Assembly (NCBI RefSeq): GCF_001194135.2
Contig: NC_069000.1
Location: 6,784,633-6,848,632, forward strand
Source of the DNA: Octopus bimaculoides
Taxonomy: Eukaryota
DNA length: 64,000 nt
Reading direction: 5' to 3'
Below the pieces are notes generated by a model, which made no database searches, was not told the DNA's origin, and saw only the letters and a program-made list of their open reading frames with translations. Below, piece after piece: positions 13,720 to 24,085 of the stretch (within the stretch, counting starts at the first letter, position 1; every line of letters begins with the position of its first letter). The position numbers were made by a program, and so were the translations under genes.

Positions 13720-16700
13720 CAATATTTAAATAAGGTCATTACTACAGAATAATGCCCTTATATAAATATAAATGAATAATTATATTCTTGGGAATAAAAA
13801 ATGATGGGTTTTTTTTCCCATATGAATTTTTTACAAACTAGCTTCCTGATAAAATTCTTGTAAAAGATTTTTATCCCATTATTGATTTAATTATAGAGAT
13901 ACATACATACATACATACCTTGTCAGTCAACCTGCAATATATACCCTGTTAGTTGACCAATACATATTTTTAATATATATTTGATGTGAATTCAAAGAGA
14001 CAAGGAGATGAAATGAGCGATAGCTTACCTCATAGGCAACTGGCATCAAAATATGATGGAAGATGGCAAGATAATCTGATTCTGTTAATCCAATCTAGAA
14101 ATAAAGAACATAGCAGTGTTCTAGAACATGTATATAGAGTGTAAAGGGGTGTATATAGAGTGTAAAGGGGTGTATACAGAGGAGCATAGAGGTACAAAGA
14201 ACAGTGTGCATAAAGAGTTAAATAACATGCATTTATACAGGTAAATGCAGTGTGCATAGAGGTGTATATGGAAATCTACAGGGGTGTATAAAGCTGTGTA
14301 TAAATTGTAAATACTGTAAATATACAGGTATATATAGGATGCAGAGATGTGCATATGGAAGTCCAGAGAGATGCATAAAACAGTGTATATAAAAAGTATA
14401 CATAACATGTGTGTGTGTGTGTGTAATAAGAAAACAGAAAATGGAGATAATATTGATGAACAACAATTGATTTGCATCAATTATTATTTATTAATTATTT
14501 ACAAAAAGACTGGATCCTCGGTGGAATTTGAACTCAGAATGTAAAGACAGATGAAATACCACTAAGCATTTCGCCCGGCGTGCTAACGATTCTGCCAGCT
14601 CACCCGCCTTGATGATGAATTTAATAATGATGATAATGATGATGCTAATGATGATGATCCTTACCTTGTTTAAAGGAACATTGATGTTAAAGCCAAGCCC
14701 AGGACCTTTTCCTACAAAGTCGTAGTCAGATTGTCGTAAACAGGGCCAGAATTGTCCATTTTGGTAACGGTGGATGGAGAAGTATAAGACACTGGTAGAA
14801 GGACAAGAAGACAGGGTTATACCAATGTGTGTGTATGTGTGTGTGTATGTGAATATCCATGTTGATTAAAATTGATGGAGAAATATAAGACACACATAGA
14901 ACAACAACAACAAGGAGACAAAATTATATCAATGTTTGTGTGTGTGTGTGTGCATATGTATGTGTCTGTGTGAGTGTGTGTGTATGTATGAGCAAAAAGG
15001 ATTACATCAATATGTGTGTACATGTATATGTGAACTTGTGTGTATGTATGGTTGTGTAAATGAAATATCGGCCAAATTTCCTTCACTTCATATCCTAATA
15101 TTTCAGAAAAAGTTATATAATACACTATGAGGTGTGACAGTTACAGCTAAAAATGTCACTGATCAAAGGTCTGCTGGATGAGGGCAGACCTAGGGTTAAA
15201 CAAGAAACAGTAAAGTAATCTTTCTGTTGTTACTTACCGCGGATCGTCATAGTAACTGTACTGTGTAGCCTGGCCGTGATGAACGTCCCAGTCAACAATC
15301 AGGATCCTGTTAATTAACAAGATAATAATCAATTACAAAAAAACAGAGTCAGCATATTTGATTATGGGACACAAGTATACAACAGTGAAATATCATGCTA
15401 TATATGTAGGTGTATATGTAGGTGAAGACACATGGCTCAGTGGTTAGAGCATTGGGCTTACATTCATGAGGTAATGAGTTCAATTCCTAAACTGGGCTGT
15501 GTGTTGTGTTCTTGAGCAAGACATTTTATTTCACGTTGCATCAGTTCACTCAGCTGTAGAAATGAATTGCGACATCACTAGCGCCAAACTGTATTGGCCT
15601 TTGCCTTGAATAACACCAGTGGCACAGAGAGGGGAGGCTGGTATGCATGGAAAACTGCTCATCTTCCATAAGCAATCTTGCCTGGATTTGTGTTTCCGAG
15701 GGGAACTTCCTAGATGCAATCCCATGGTCATTCATGATGGAAGGGGGTTTTTATGTATGTGTATATCTCTCTCTCTCTCTCTGTCTGTCTGTCTGTATGT
15801 ATACATATAGTCCAACTCATGCTAGCATGGAAAGCGGACATTAAACGATGATGATGATGATGACATATATATACATACACACATACACATACCATGAGCT
15901 TCTTTCAATTTCCATTTACCAAGTTTACATACACGGTGTCACACAGCGGGACTGAACCCAAAACCATGCGGTTAGGAAGCAAACTCCTTAACCATACAGC
16001 CATGCCTACACCTTAATAAAGTACTTAATTATCTCTTGAATATGTATGTATTAAAAACTTTTGGGTCAAAATCTTTATTTACAATAATTGGAGACACAGT
16101 GTCTAGATAAGAAACAAAATGTTTTATTAATAAGGTCCTTTGTTGACTCTTAGGCCCTTTATTTATGATAAATTCTTACCTTTCAACTCCCTTTGATAAA
16201 GCATGGGCAGCAGCGATTCCTACATTATTGAGATAACAATAACCACAGAACTCATTGTAGAGGGCATGGTGGCCTGGAGGTCTGGGAAGGACAGAGAAGG
16301 AGAGAGAATTGTAGGTGAATTATAGAGTACATGGTGGTGGCGGTGTTGTGGTGGTGGTGGTGGTGATGGTGGTTGCAGTATGGCGATGGTTGTGGTGGTG
16401 ATGGTGGCAGCAAACTGGAGTGTATGGAGGTTTGAGGAAGGACAGAGATTAAACAGAAATAATATTAGTCACGGTGGTAGTAGTGGTGGTGGTGGTGACA
16501 GCAGTGGTGGTGGTGGTGGTGGCGCAAGAGATAGAGGTCATTCCTAGAAACAACAAAAGATTTAATGAGCAAGCAAACATTCTGTACCAGAGAAGATAAT
16601 TAATTAACTACCACTACTATCCACTACCCCACTCCTGTACAAGAAAAGTCACGAATTGTTCATTAATATATATGACTGTGTATATATATATATATATATA

Positions 16701-19581
16701 CGCTTTTCAATTGAGCTAACTCAAAGTTGCCATGCAAACTCCCCACCATTTTTAACATAGACATGCAAATAAAATAAAGGATTTTACTCTTACCTCACTA
16801 AGGCAAACCCATTCCTTATCTGTGAATAAGAGAAATAATAATAATAATAATCACAGAACATTCAGGAATAATTGTATTGCTACCATCAACATCATCATTT
16901 TCAACAGTTTCGTGTCAGTTTCAGTTGCATCACATATATACTCACGCAGGTGTGTATGCAATATTATATTTTGAGGACGTAGAATTGTTAGTGCATATAT
17001 GAAATCTGTTTTACTTTGTTGTAGGATTGGTTTTACCGTTTCTGCTGCTATTGGTACTGTTCCTGCTGAAGACGGTGGTGGCGGTTGTAGTGAAGGTATT
17101 TTAATGATTCTTCTGCTTGTTGTATAGTTTATGTACAATACAATGAGCTGTATTTGTTTGTTGAATTATGGTAATGTGGTGTAAGTGTTATAATGGTTGC
17201 GAGGACGACTGCACAGTGTATATGCTGTGAGAGTCGTTTAATGTGTTGGATGATGCATCATATGTGTTGCAAGATGCCAACAGTTAAACTTATTCCTCAC
17301 TGCATCCTCTTTTCAGATAAATATTTCTTTAAGAAAGTCTCTTACCTTATTTTCAATAACTTTATCAACGAGTTTCACTGTACAGCCAAGTGCTATCCAA
17401 GCACATTTGTTAGTGTCCTGCAATGGTAAGGAGAAAAGAAATAAAATTCAACTCTTATGGTACCAGCCCACCTGAGGTCACCACCTTTACTTCTACAACA
17501 CCAACCTACCTGTGACCAACACTTTTGATTCTATGACACCAACTCACCCAAGACCTTGGGTTCTATGATTCAAAACTTCTTATTTTAAAGTATATAAGTG
17601 CAGAAGTAGTTGTGTGGTAAGAAGCTTGCTTCTTACCACACAAGGCGGCGAGCTGGCAGAAACGTTAGCACGCCAGGTGAAATGCTTAGCGGTATTTCGT
17701 CTGCCGTTACGCTCTAAGTTCAAATTCTGCCGAGGTCGACTTTGCCCTTCATCCTTTCGGGGTCGATAAATAAAGTACTCTGAGCTACTTGCTAATAAAT
17801 CCTATCCAAATCTTCCTCCAGTTAACAACTATAAAACAAAGTGTCTAAATTAAAGATGGGATTGTCACGGTTGGAACACTTTTGATCATAGATATGTTGG
17901 GTCAAAGTTGAGCTGACAGGAACGAAAATTCAGGAGGAGACAACTAACCTTTAAACGTTTATGACATAGATATACGAAACAATAAAAAAATAACCTGTAA
18001 AATTGATATAGATACAAATTTGGCAAATGCATCTCATGTAGTATACACTCATATATTCCTCCCACTCGTTTTTGGTTCCTCAAATATTGCTGTTACCCAA
18101 ATTAATCCTTCACGAAGCAAATTGCTTAATACTCAGAGGAGATAACTTATATGAGTGTAATATTTCCGTTTAATATTTAGCCGCTACATTTGATACTAAA
18201 ACCAGCTTTAAAACAGACCATAGAACTATAAAAATACATTTCTTCCTACAACAAATGCGATGTAATGTATTTAAAAATATCAAATGTCTTAAATCTATTT
18301 TTTTTAAATAAGCATACTATGTAGAAACACATTATTTCAGCAAGAAGAAACAAAAGTCTTCTCCCTTAGTTAAACTGCCATTACTGCGTCGACATGCTAA
18401 CATCTGGAATTTCATTTGTATTTATATTTAAAACAGTTTATGGAAAAAGCCTCTTCGTTACTTCCAGAAAAAATTCTGTATTAGAACTGTATTATGCCTG
18501 GCAGTGTTAGGAGTAAAGTCAAAAGGTCATGGACCTATCGACGTCACAAGTCTTTGTGGGTGTTCACTGGCATGTTTATATATGCTTGTAATGTTTCATT
18601 TTATAAAAAAATATACTGAAATTACACTTTACCTTATGAAAGTAAAGACTGTCGTATTTAGTGGAAAACTCTTTTAATTCCTCGTTATCCATTTCCTCTG
18701 TTTTAATCAGAGCATCAATCAAATTTTTGCTGTGTTGTAAAAGTGCCATTTCTTCTGTTCCCACGCAACTCTGAAAGTGAAAAAAGAATCTCAGAATGTA
18801 ACCATTGTTTAAATAACAAGTGTATGTGTTTGCTTAACCCTAACCCTAACCAACCTGAGGGAAGTGCAGGAGAAGGAGGGTGGGAGACAGCAGGATAGAG
18901 ATGGTGGCAAAATGCCAGACATACTCCCAAGGAGCAGGGATCAGAATATATTATGCCCTGGCACTTGCCACCATCGATATCTCTCTCTTCCTTTACTCAA
19001 CCTTGAGTTTCAAATGCCATAATATATATAAGTGACAGGATATTGTGAAGGGAGTGTGAGTAAGTGACAAAAGACCTGGGTATGTCTGGAGTTGAGGTGG
19101 AGGCTACTGGATAGCAATGATACAGAGAAACGGGTGTGAGGACAGGATTGGGGAGTGAGAGCTAGGCATAGTGTATGAGGGAGTTACGTGTGGTGAAGAA
19201 ATAAGCATAAATTTCACAGATAAATCTGAATACTAAATGGTGAATCCTAACTGCCAGTTCTTAAGTGATCTTAATGAAAACCTTCCATCAAAATTTCATG
19301 TCAATTTATTTATTTTTTCAAATGCCAACTTAATATTGACAAAGCTATTTTACAAAATTCTTTATTATTTTTTAAATTAATTAAAACAAAAATCATGTTT
19401 CCACAGAAATATGGTAACAAAGTAGTTAATTCTTACATCAAGTTGTTGACATCTGTCAATAAGGTTTAGTTCATTACATCGTTTAAAGGCCTGGATAACT
19501 CGCTGTGGCTGTTCTGTAAAGTCAGGGATCCAAAAACACTCATGTTTGGTCATTTCTGGGTTGTAAATGAAACCAGTTGAA
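189..19581 (-). CDS. HDAC10: Class IIb histone deacetylase (HDAC10/HDAC6 family), spliced gene span; 3' end lies beyond the window start
   Basis: Phase-consistent GT-AG exons in transcript order: 19437-19581, 18633-18770, 17346-17417, 16794-16819, 16180-16281, 15238-15306, 14665-14791, 14029-14094, 10792-10851, 9531-9620, 8982-9088, 8425-8550, 7683-7829, 6858-6911, 4834-4888, 4460-4507, 2090-2115, 1177-1251, 189-257. Translation contains [41 protein letters not shown] and LEGGY. The second domain is degenerate as in HDAC10. The HDAC10 versus HDAC6-paralogue label is not certain. Confidence 0.92.
770..1112 (+). mobile_element. Probable retroposon (LINE) 3' end with (AAT)n tail
   Basis: GC-richer segment ending GCACTGCTCTCTCACTC followed by about 13 AAT units. 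Confidence 0.45.
1177..1251 (-). CDS. HDAC10: HDAC exon [25 protein letters not shown]
   Basis: AG/GT, 75 nt, phase 2-2. Confidence 0.75.
1700..2070 (+). mobile_element. SINE family B copy (diverged)
   Basis: Head and ACCTTG core, (GT)n, tail GCATGGACGCAGTCCAATGACAGAAAC and AAAAGAT repeats. Confidence 0.75.
2090..2115 (-). CDS. HDAC10: HDAC micro-exon IQNGVFVSL
   Basis: AG/GT, 26 nt, mirrors exon 16794-16819. Confidence 0.82.
2400..2705. repeat. Degenerate 13-bp tandem repeat
   Basis: Consensus GCTGGACTGCTAA. Confidence 0.85.
3040..3166. repeat. (CAG/CAA)n trinucleotide field
   Basis: CAGCAGCAG and AACAACAAC runs in an intron. Confidence 0.9.
3441..3796 (-). mobile_element. SINE family B copy
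   Basis: Colinear with 62049-62435. Confidence 0.85.
4070..4292 (+). mobile_element. piggyBac-like MITE (~222 bp)
   Basis: TTAA|CCTTTTCGATACC ... AAAAAAAGGG|TTAA, with TTAA flanks and CCC/GGG-type termini. Confidence 0.75.
4460..4507 (-). CDS. HDAC10: HDAC exon [16 protein letters not shown]
   Basis: AG/GT, 48 nt, phase 0-0. Confidence 0.72.
4834..4888 (-). CDS. HDAC10: HDAC exon [18 protein letters not shown]
   Basis: AG/GT, 55 nt, supplies the needed phase 2-0 change. Confidence 0.7.
6858..6911 (-). CDS. HDAC10: HDAC exon [17 protein letters not shown] (start of pseudo-domain)
   Basis: AG/GT, 54 nt; resembles the RTGLVYD start of HDAC6 domain 2. Confidence 0.82.
7683..7829 (-). CDS. HDAC10: HDAC linker exon [49 protein letters not shown]
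   Basis: AG/GT, 147 nt, open in the required phase 2-2. Confidence 0.85.
8010..8345. repeat. Polypurine (GA/GG-rich) low-complexity tract
   Basis: Repeats such as GAGAGAGGGTGAGGTGGGAGGT and AGGAAGGTGGGAGAGA. Confidence 0.85.
8425..8550 (-). CDS. HDAC10: HDAC exon [41 protein letters not shown]
   Basis: AG/GT, 126 nt, end of domain 1. Confidence 0.9.
8982..9088 (-). CDS. HDAC10: HDAC exon [35 protein letters not shown] (catalytic Tyr)
   Basis: AG/GT, 107 nt; matches ORF 8978..9208. Confidence 0.95.
9531..9620 (-). CDS. HDAC10: HDAC exon [30 protein letters not shown]
   Basis: AG/GT, 90 nt. Confidence 0.93.
9691..9869. repeat. 40-bp minisatellite, about 4.5 near-perfect copies
   Basis: Unit TATCCATAAAAATATATATATTAGAACATCTATACTAGCT. 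Confidence 0.95.
10019..10240 (-). mobile_element. piggyBac-like MITE, inverted copy
   Basis: TTAA|CCCTTTTGTTACC...GATATCAAAAAGG|TTAC; reverse complement of 4070-4292. Confidence 0.75.
10792..10851 (-). CDS. HDAC10: HDAC exon [20 protein letters not shown]
   Basis: AG/GT, 60 nt, Zn-ligand Asp in GFD. Confidence 0.95.
11470..11845. repeat. (GGT)n-derived cryptic repeat with internal duplications
   Basis: GGTGGT runs with repeated GGTGTTAGTGATGA.GGTAGGGGTGGTG and AACTAGAGGTTGTGG. Confidence 0.75.
14029..14094 (-). CDS. HDAC10: HDAC exon [22 protein letters not shown]
   Basis: AG/GT, 66 nt. Confidence 0.93.
14665..14791 (-). CDS. HDAC10: HDAC exon [42 protein letters not shown]
   Basis: AG/GT, 127 nt. 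Confidence 0.95.
15238..15306 (-). CDS. HDAC10: HDAC exon [23 protein letters not shown] (Zn ligands)
   Basis: AG/GT, 69 nt. Confidence 0.95.
15422..15750 (+). mobile_element. tRNA-derived SINE, third family
   Basis: A-box GGCTCAGTGGTTAG, B-box GAGTTCAATTCC, central TTCTTGAGCAAGAC...CACTCAGCTGTAGAAATGA; a related copy lies at about 25160-25440. Confidence 0.72.
16180..16281 (-). CDS. HDAC10: HDAC exon [34 protein letters not shown] (catalytic His dyad)
   Basis: AG/GT, 102 nt. Confidence 0.95.
16794..16819 (-). CDS. HDAC10: HDAC micro-exon IRNGFALVR
   Basis: AG/GT, 26 nt, conserved NGFALVR motif. Confidence 0.9.
17346..17417 (-). CDS. HDAC10: HDAC exon [24 protein letters not shown]
   Basis: AG/GT, 72 nt, phase 0-0. 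Confidence 0.88.
17644..17779 (+). mobile_element. tRNA-derived SINE, family A
   Basis: GGCGAGCTGGCAGAAACGTTAGCACGCCAGGTGAAATGCTTAGCGGTATTTCGTCTG...GTTCAAATTCTGCCGAGGTCGACTTTGCCCTTCATCCTTTCGGGGTCGATAAA. Other copies at about 1480-1650+, 5595-5820+, 11060-11290-, 14500-14610-, 32740-32920+, 34000-34090-, 35000-35190- and 53690-53870-. Confidence 0.85.
18633..18770 (-). CDS. HDAC10: HDAC exon [21 protein letters not shown]...KYDSLYFHK
   Basis: AG/GT, 138 nt; matches ORF 18576..18764. Confidence 0.9.
19437..19581 (-). CDS. HDAC10: HDAC exon [48 protein letters not shown]
   Basis: AG/GT boundaries, 145 nt, class IIb N-terminal motif. Confidence 0.9.
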
Positions 19582-20125
19582 CTAAAACATTCAAAAACAG
19601 AGCAGTCGGTTATACAGCAATAAGAAAGCTATAGAGAGAGTGATTGTTATATGGACTGTTAGATATGTAAATCGTCTGACGTTCCGTGTGTCATGTGGTT
19701 CGTCTGAGTTCATTGTTTCATTGTTGTTGTCTTGTGGGACTGTCGTAGTAAAATGTCATTGATATATATATGGCGGACATGATTTTTGTTTATTCATAAC
19801 GAACATTGGGTGAGTGCGTTCTTTGTATGTAATTGAACAATAAATGTAATAATTAAATTGTATAACTCGTTGTGTTATCTCTGCGAGTCAGTCCGAGGGA
19901 AACATAACAGTGATGATCAGTTACATAGTGATAAACAGTTTTATACATATAGTGCATAAACAGAGCCTGGAAAACTGCTTTAAGATACATAGCATATTTC
20001 ATGAATATGACTGTTTAAGTATCACAATAGCATGAAACTATTAGTAGCTCTTTTGGATGCGTATTTAATTTGATGTGTGTGTCAGCTTTTAGCACCAAAA
20101 TGTACTGTTGTCACAAGAAGCTAAC

Positions 20126-20178
20126 TGTCCACACAGCCCTGCCAAATCATCAGCATCCGAACAGCTGTGCCCAATCAT
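20126..20178 (-). CDS. Tentative start-codon exon of the HDAC gene (MIGHSCSDADDLAGLCG...)
   Basis: Acceptor TCTTAG| at 20192/20191 and ATG at 20178. Phase-2 donor CA|GTTAGC at 20126 (alternative TG|GTGCTA at 20096) fits the phase of exon 19437-19581. Donors are weak and there is no homology support. Confidence 0.45.
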
Positions 20179-20384
20179 CTCATTCCAACATCTAAGATGC
20201 AACAGATAAAACTGATGTTCATGATAAAGTATGAGAGGAAAAGAAAATGTCACTTAAATGTTTTTACTTACTTTGAAGCCATTTTTACTTCTTCAATCCT
20301 TTTTTTTATTTACTGGAATAGAAAAAAAAACAATTTTTATTTATTAATACATTGCAACATAAACAGAAAACAACCCCCAAAAAC

Positions 20385-20582
20385 ACTGTCCTGAAATTTT
20401 TGTGGGGAGGGGACCGGTCAATTAGATCGACCTCAGAACGCAACTGGTATTTAATTTATCGACCCCGAAAGGATGAAAGGCAAAGTCAACCTCGGAGGAA
20501 TTTGAACTCGGAATGTAAAGACAGACGAAATCCCGCCAAGCATTTCGCCCGGCGGGCTAATGGTCTTGCCGGCTTGCCACCT
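20385..20582 (-). mobile_element. SINE family A copy
   Basis: Reverse complement of the family A consensus. Confidence 0.85.
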
Positions 20583-21652
20583 TCAGTCATTAGAGTATTG
20601 CCATGCTGACCCCATATGCTATCTCCCACTCTGCTGAGTGGTTGGTGTTAGGAAGGGCATCCACCTGTAAAAATCCCACCAAGGCAGTAACAAAAGTATG
20701 GAAGAATCACGACTATTGTTTAGGATCTGTATTTTAATGTGGTTTTGTATTATTCATATATCAAATACATACGTGTTCTATATGTAATAAAATTAACTTT
20801 ATACCATTTTATATGTGTTACTGGCATTTTATTGATAGCAAAAGAAACCGAAAGACAAAGTGAAGTAGAGTGTATTTGAATTAGACCAAACAAATATTGA
20901 ACCAGATATTGCAAAGAAAACATCTAGTCGGTTAGTTTTAATCCTAATTATCGACAGGAAAACAAATGCTAAATTAAAATAATTGAATATCTAATATGTA
21001 TTATTGTGAATATTTAGTCAGCCATGACATCGCTTCAATGTATCGCCATGTGCTTGTGGCAAATCAATATTTACGCTACGCTTGAATCTGTCCTATCACC
21101 TAGATGTATACATAGTATCGGACTGGATTCGAACCAAGAAGAGGTGCCCCAGCATGGCCGCAGTCAAATGACTGAAACAAGTAAAAAATATACATGCGGC
21201 AGTGACACAGGGAATAAGAAAGAGATTGTTTTACTTCGATTAATTAAGAAATAAAGTTCCGAGTTCGAACCCAGCTTTGGACATAACCAGAAACAGGACA
21301 TTCGATGACGAAGATCAAATTAAATGTAGATTTAAACATTGGCATAATACAAACAAACAAAAAATATGGAAGGGGAGGGTGTATTTGATTAAATCGGTTT
21401 CAGTTCTTGATTTGAATTTTACTTTATCGACCCTGGAAGGCCGAAAGAAGAAGTTAACCTCGGCGAGATTTGAACTAAGAATGTAAAAAGGGTATCTAAA
21501 CTAATGCAAAATATATCGGCTGACCTTAACCGATCTTAGCACCTCACTGTTCTGCTAGTGTAAATTATCAATTATTATTTTTTTTTTTTTTAATATTCAC
21601 CGTGGAGTAGATAAACAGTTCGTAAAACAACAAACAATTCACTACGTCTTAC

Positions 21653-21700
21653 CTTCAGTGATTTGTCAATGAACTTGATCGGGGCGCCACGTGACAATAC
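21653..21700 (-). other. Putative non-coding first exon of the HDAC gene (upstream limit approximate)
   Basis: Strong minus-strand donor AAG|GTAAGA at 21653/21652, no ATG in the exon, and it lies next to the E-box promoter. Confidence 0.55.
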
Positions 21701-21808
21701 CCACGTGACAATAAACAACCTATCAGCGTATGGTGCTTCAATACCCGCCTTAGTTAAATGTCAGTTAGTAATTAATCTCCCGCAATTTTAGGCTGAAAAA
21801 ATAAGAAG
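21660..21808. promoter_or_regulatory. Compact bidirectional promoter between the HDAC gene and CHTF8 with two E-boxes
   Basis: CCACGTGACAATA at 21687-21699 and 21701-21713; the HDAC 5' exon donor (21653) and CHTF8 ATG (21809) are 156 bp apart. Confidence 0.65.
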
Positions 21809-21831
21809 ATGGTCCAAATATTTATAAAAAT
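21809..21831 (+). CDS. CHTF8: CHTF8 exon 1 (MVQIFIK)
   Basis: ATG in AAGATGG, donor AT|GTAAGT, 23 nt. Confidence 0.85.
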
Positions 21832-24010
21832 GTAAGTATTTTAAACTCAGACATTGTGAATTAATATGTAATCCTTATTTGCATGTTATATTATATTTCA
21901 CTGGTTTCTTGTTTGTAGTCTAAGTGATAAAACTTGTTGAGGCCCATACGTTGCCTTCTATTACATTGGCTGACGTGTTCATTCATTTTTTTAAAAGGAT
22001 TAAACTAATAGCGTAATATGATGGATATTTGGCTGTTATTTCTACAAGTGAAGTAGGTATTATGTGGATTGGTAGAAGTGTCAGATCGTCAGTCAAGATA
22101 TCTTCCGGTATTTAGCCCCAGCTGTTTTTGTTCAAATCCCGTTATGGTCAGTTTTGCCTTTCTTTCCGTCTCGGGCCGATAAAGTAAACTGGCAGTTAAA
22201 TTATGAATCGATATCGTCTACTAATACTCTGCTCACACTCCTAAAAATGTCGAGGCGATCTTAGACATTGATATTTTGTCAAACAAACGTGTTCTAATAG
22301 TTTAACAACAGTCTAGCCCTTATTCAATAAACCTGTGACCAAAAGCAATTTAGCTACGCAGATCTCACCTGCCCTTCCTCCATCTCAACCTTTAATGCTT
22401 TTGGGATTCATATGATGGCTATATGGTTTCTATTTCTAGCAAATCAAACGATTTCATTTTCCCAAAAGGCCGTCATTGGTTTCAAAAGCAATTAGGTAAC
22501 AAATAAAGCTGGTTGATAAATATTTGAATATTCAGAAATCTGTATTTCTTCTGCCGATGAAGAAACGTCCAACATAATTAAGGACGTGACATAGAGTTAA
22601 ACATTTTGTAAAATATTCTAAATATGTTTAAATATGCCATTACAGTAGTTGGTAATCTTTCGGTAAAAGTCTATGGCGTCATGAGTGAGTTAGTAACATT
22701 GTCTTTCATCCGCTCGACAAATCTGAATAAACACACACTCACTTGACGAAAGTAACAAGTCAAATGAAACAGTAATTTATTATACACTATTTAATATCCC
22801 TGATTATTAATTATTTACCATTCTTCTAATGATAACTAGAATACTTGATAGTTGGGAATAATACTAAATTTTTGTGGTATTAATTGGGCAGGGGTGTGAG
22901 GAAAGAGTCAGTCACAACCCCATGTCACCAAGTTCCAAGTGCGCCAGAGTCTAGCGTTTACATAGCAGCTGATGAGGGCTTGCCCTCCATGATCTTCGGA
23001 ACGAGTAAGTGCCCCCGTCAGCGTTTGAGAGTCTATTCAATTAAGTTGATTCGTTAATTAAACTCGCTTAGCTATAATAATAGCTCATAGTAATTACCAT
23101 GTAATTGGTGATTTTAAAAGTTTTTATGAAAAAAATCCATGACTTAAAAATGATTGTAAGTTAAAGAAAAAAAACTTATACGATTGCTCTGTCACTTCAA
23201 ATATCCTCAAAAATGAAGCCAGGAATCTGTATATGGTCACTCGATCTGCGAGAAAAAACAGCTAATTCTCCTTCAAACTTACTCCTTTGATTCCTATTGT
23301 ACTTGGGTGAACCCTCGTATTTTAGAAATCCATAATTTTATAATTAAATATTATTAGGAATAGTAAAAGAAAATTGTTAAAATTTACGCGCAATAAATTG
23401 GTTATATTTCTACAATACACAAAATATTTTAACAATTTTTTTTTACTATTCCTAATAATATTTAATTATAAAATTATGGATTTCTAAAATACGAGGGTTA
23501 TATGGACCCTGGTAGAGAACCGCTATCCAACACCTTTTAAAAGTGGGAAGGACACATTGCATAATGTAATGCTAGATATACAAGTCTGAATGATATATAT
23601 TTAAAAAAAAAAAGAACTGAAAGAATAATAGCAACGTTTTCCATTGTAGGTGTGCGGGATCGATTCTGACGTACGGTGGAATAACTTTTTGTATTACATT
23701 TCTATCAATGTAAACAGTGTTAAAAAAAAACAATAACAATAGCGACATTATTATAATAGTTAGTTTAAATATAACGTTAATTAAGTTTATTATAGATAGA
23801 GAACATATAGTCAGAGGATGCGTGAAAGCTGAATATAGAATTTATTTTAACCACATGACTTCCGTAAGGTTACGCTCGTTTCACACCTTTCTTCATGTGT
23901 GAAGAAATCCAAGCGAATCATCTATCATTTGCATTCTTTGGATTTTCAATTATGGACATTTTACGCTACACTGCTTTGTAATTGATCGCTACATGGACTG
24001 CGCCGAGTCC

Positions 24011-24085
<75 letters not shown>

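Noticed and set aside
16851-17138. 95-aa minus-strand ORF within the HDAC gene
   Set aside because: Exons 17346-17417 and 16794-16819 already join in phase to give the expected sequence; no homology
21809-21831. MVQIFIK resembling the ubiquitin start MQIFVK
   Set aside because: Splices in frame to unmistakable CHTF8 exons
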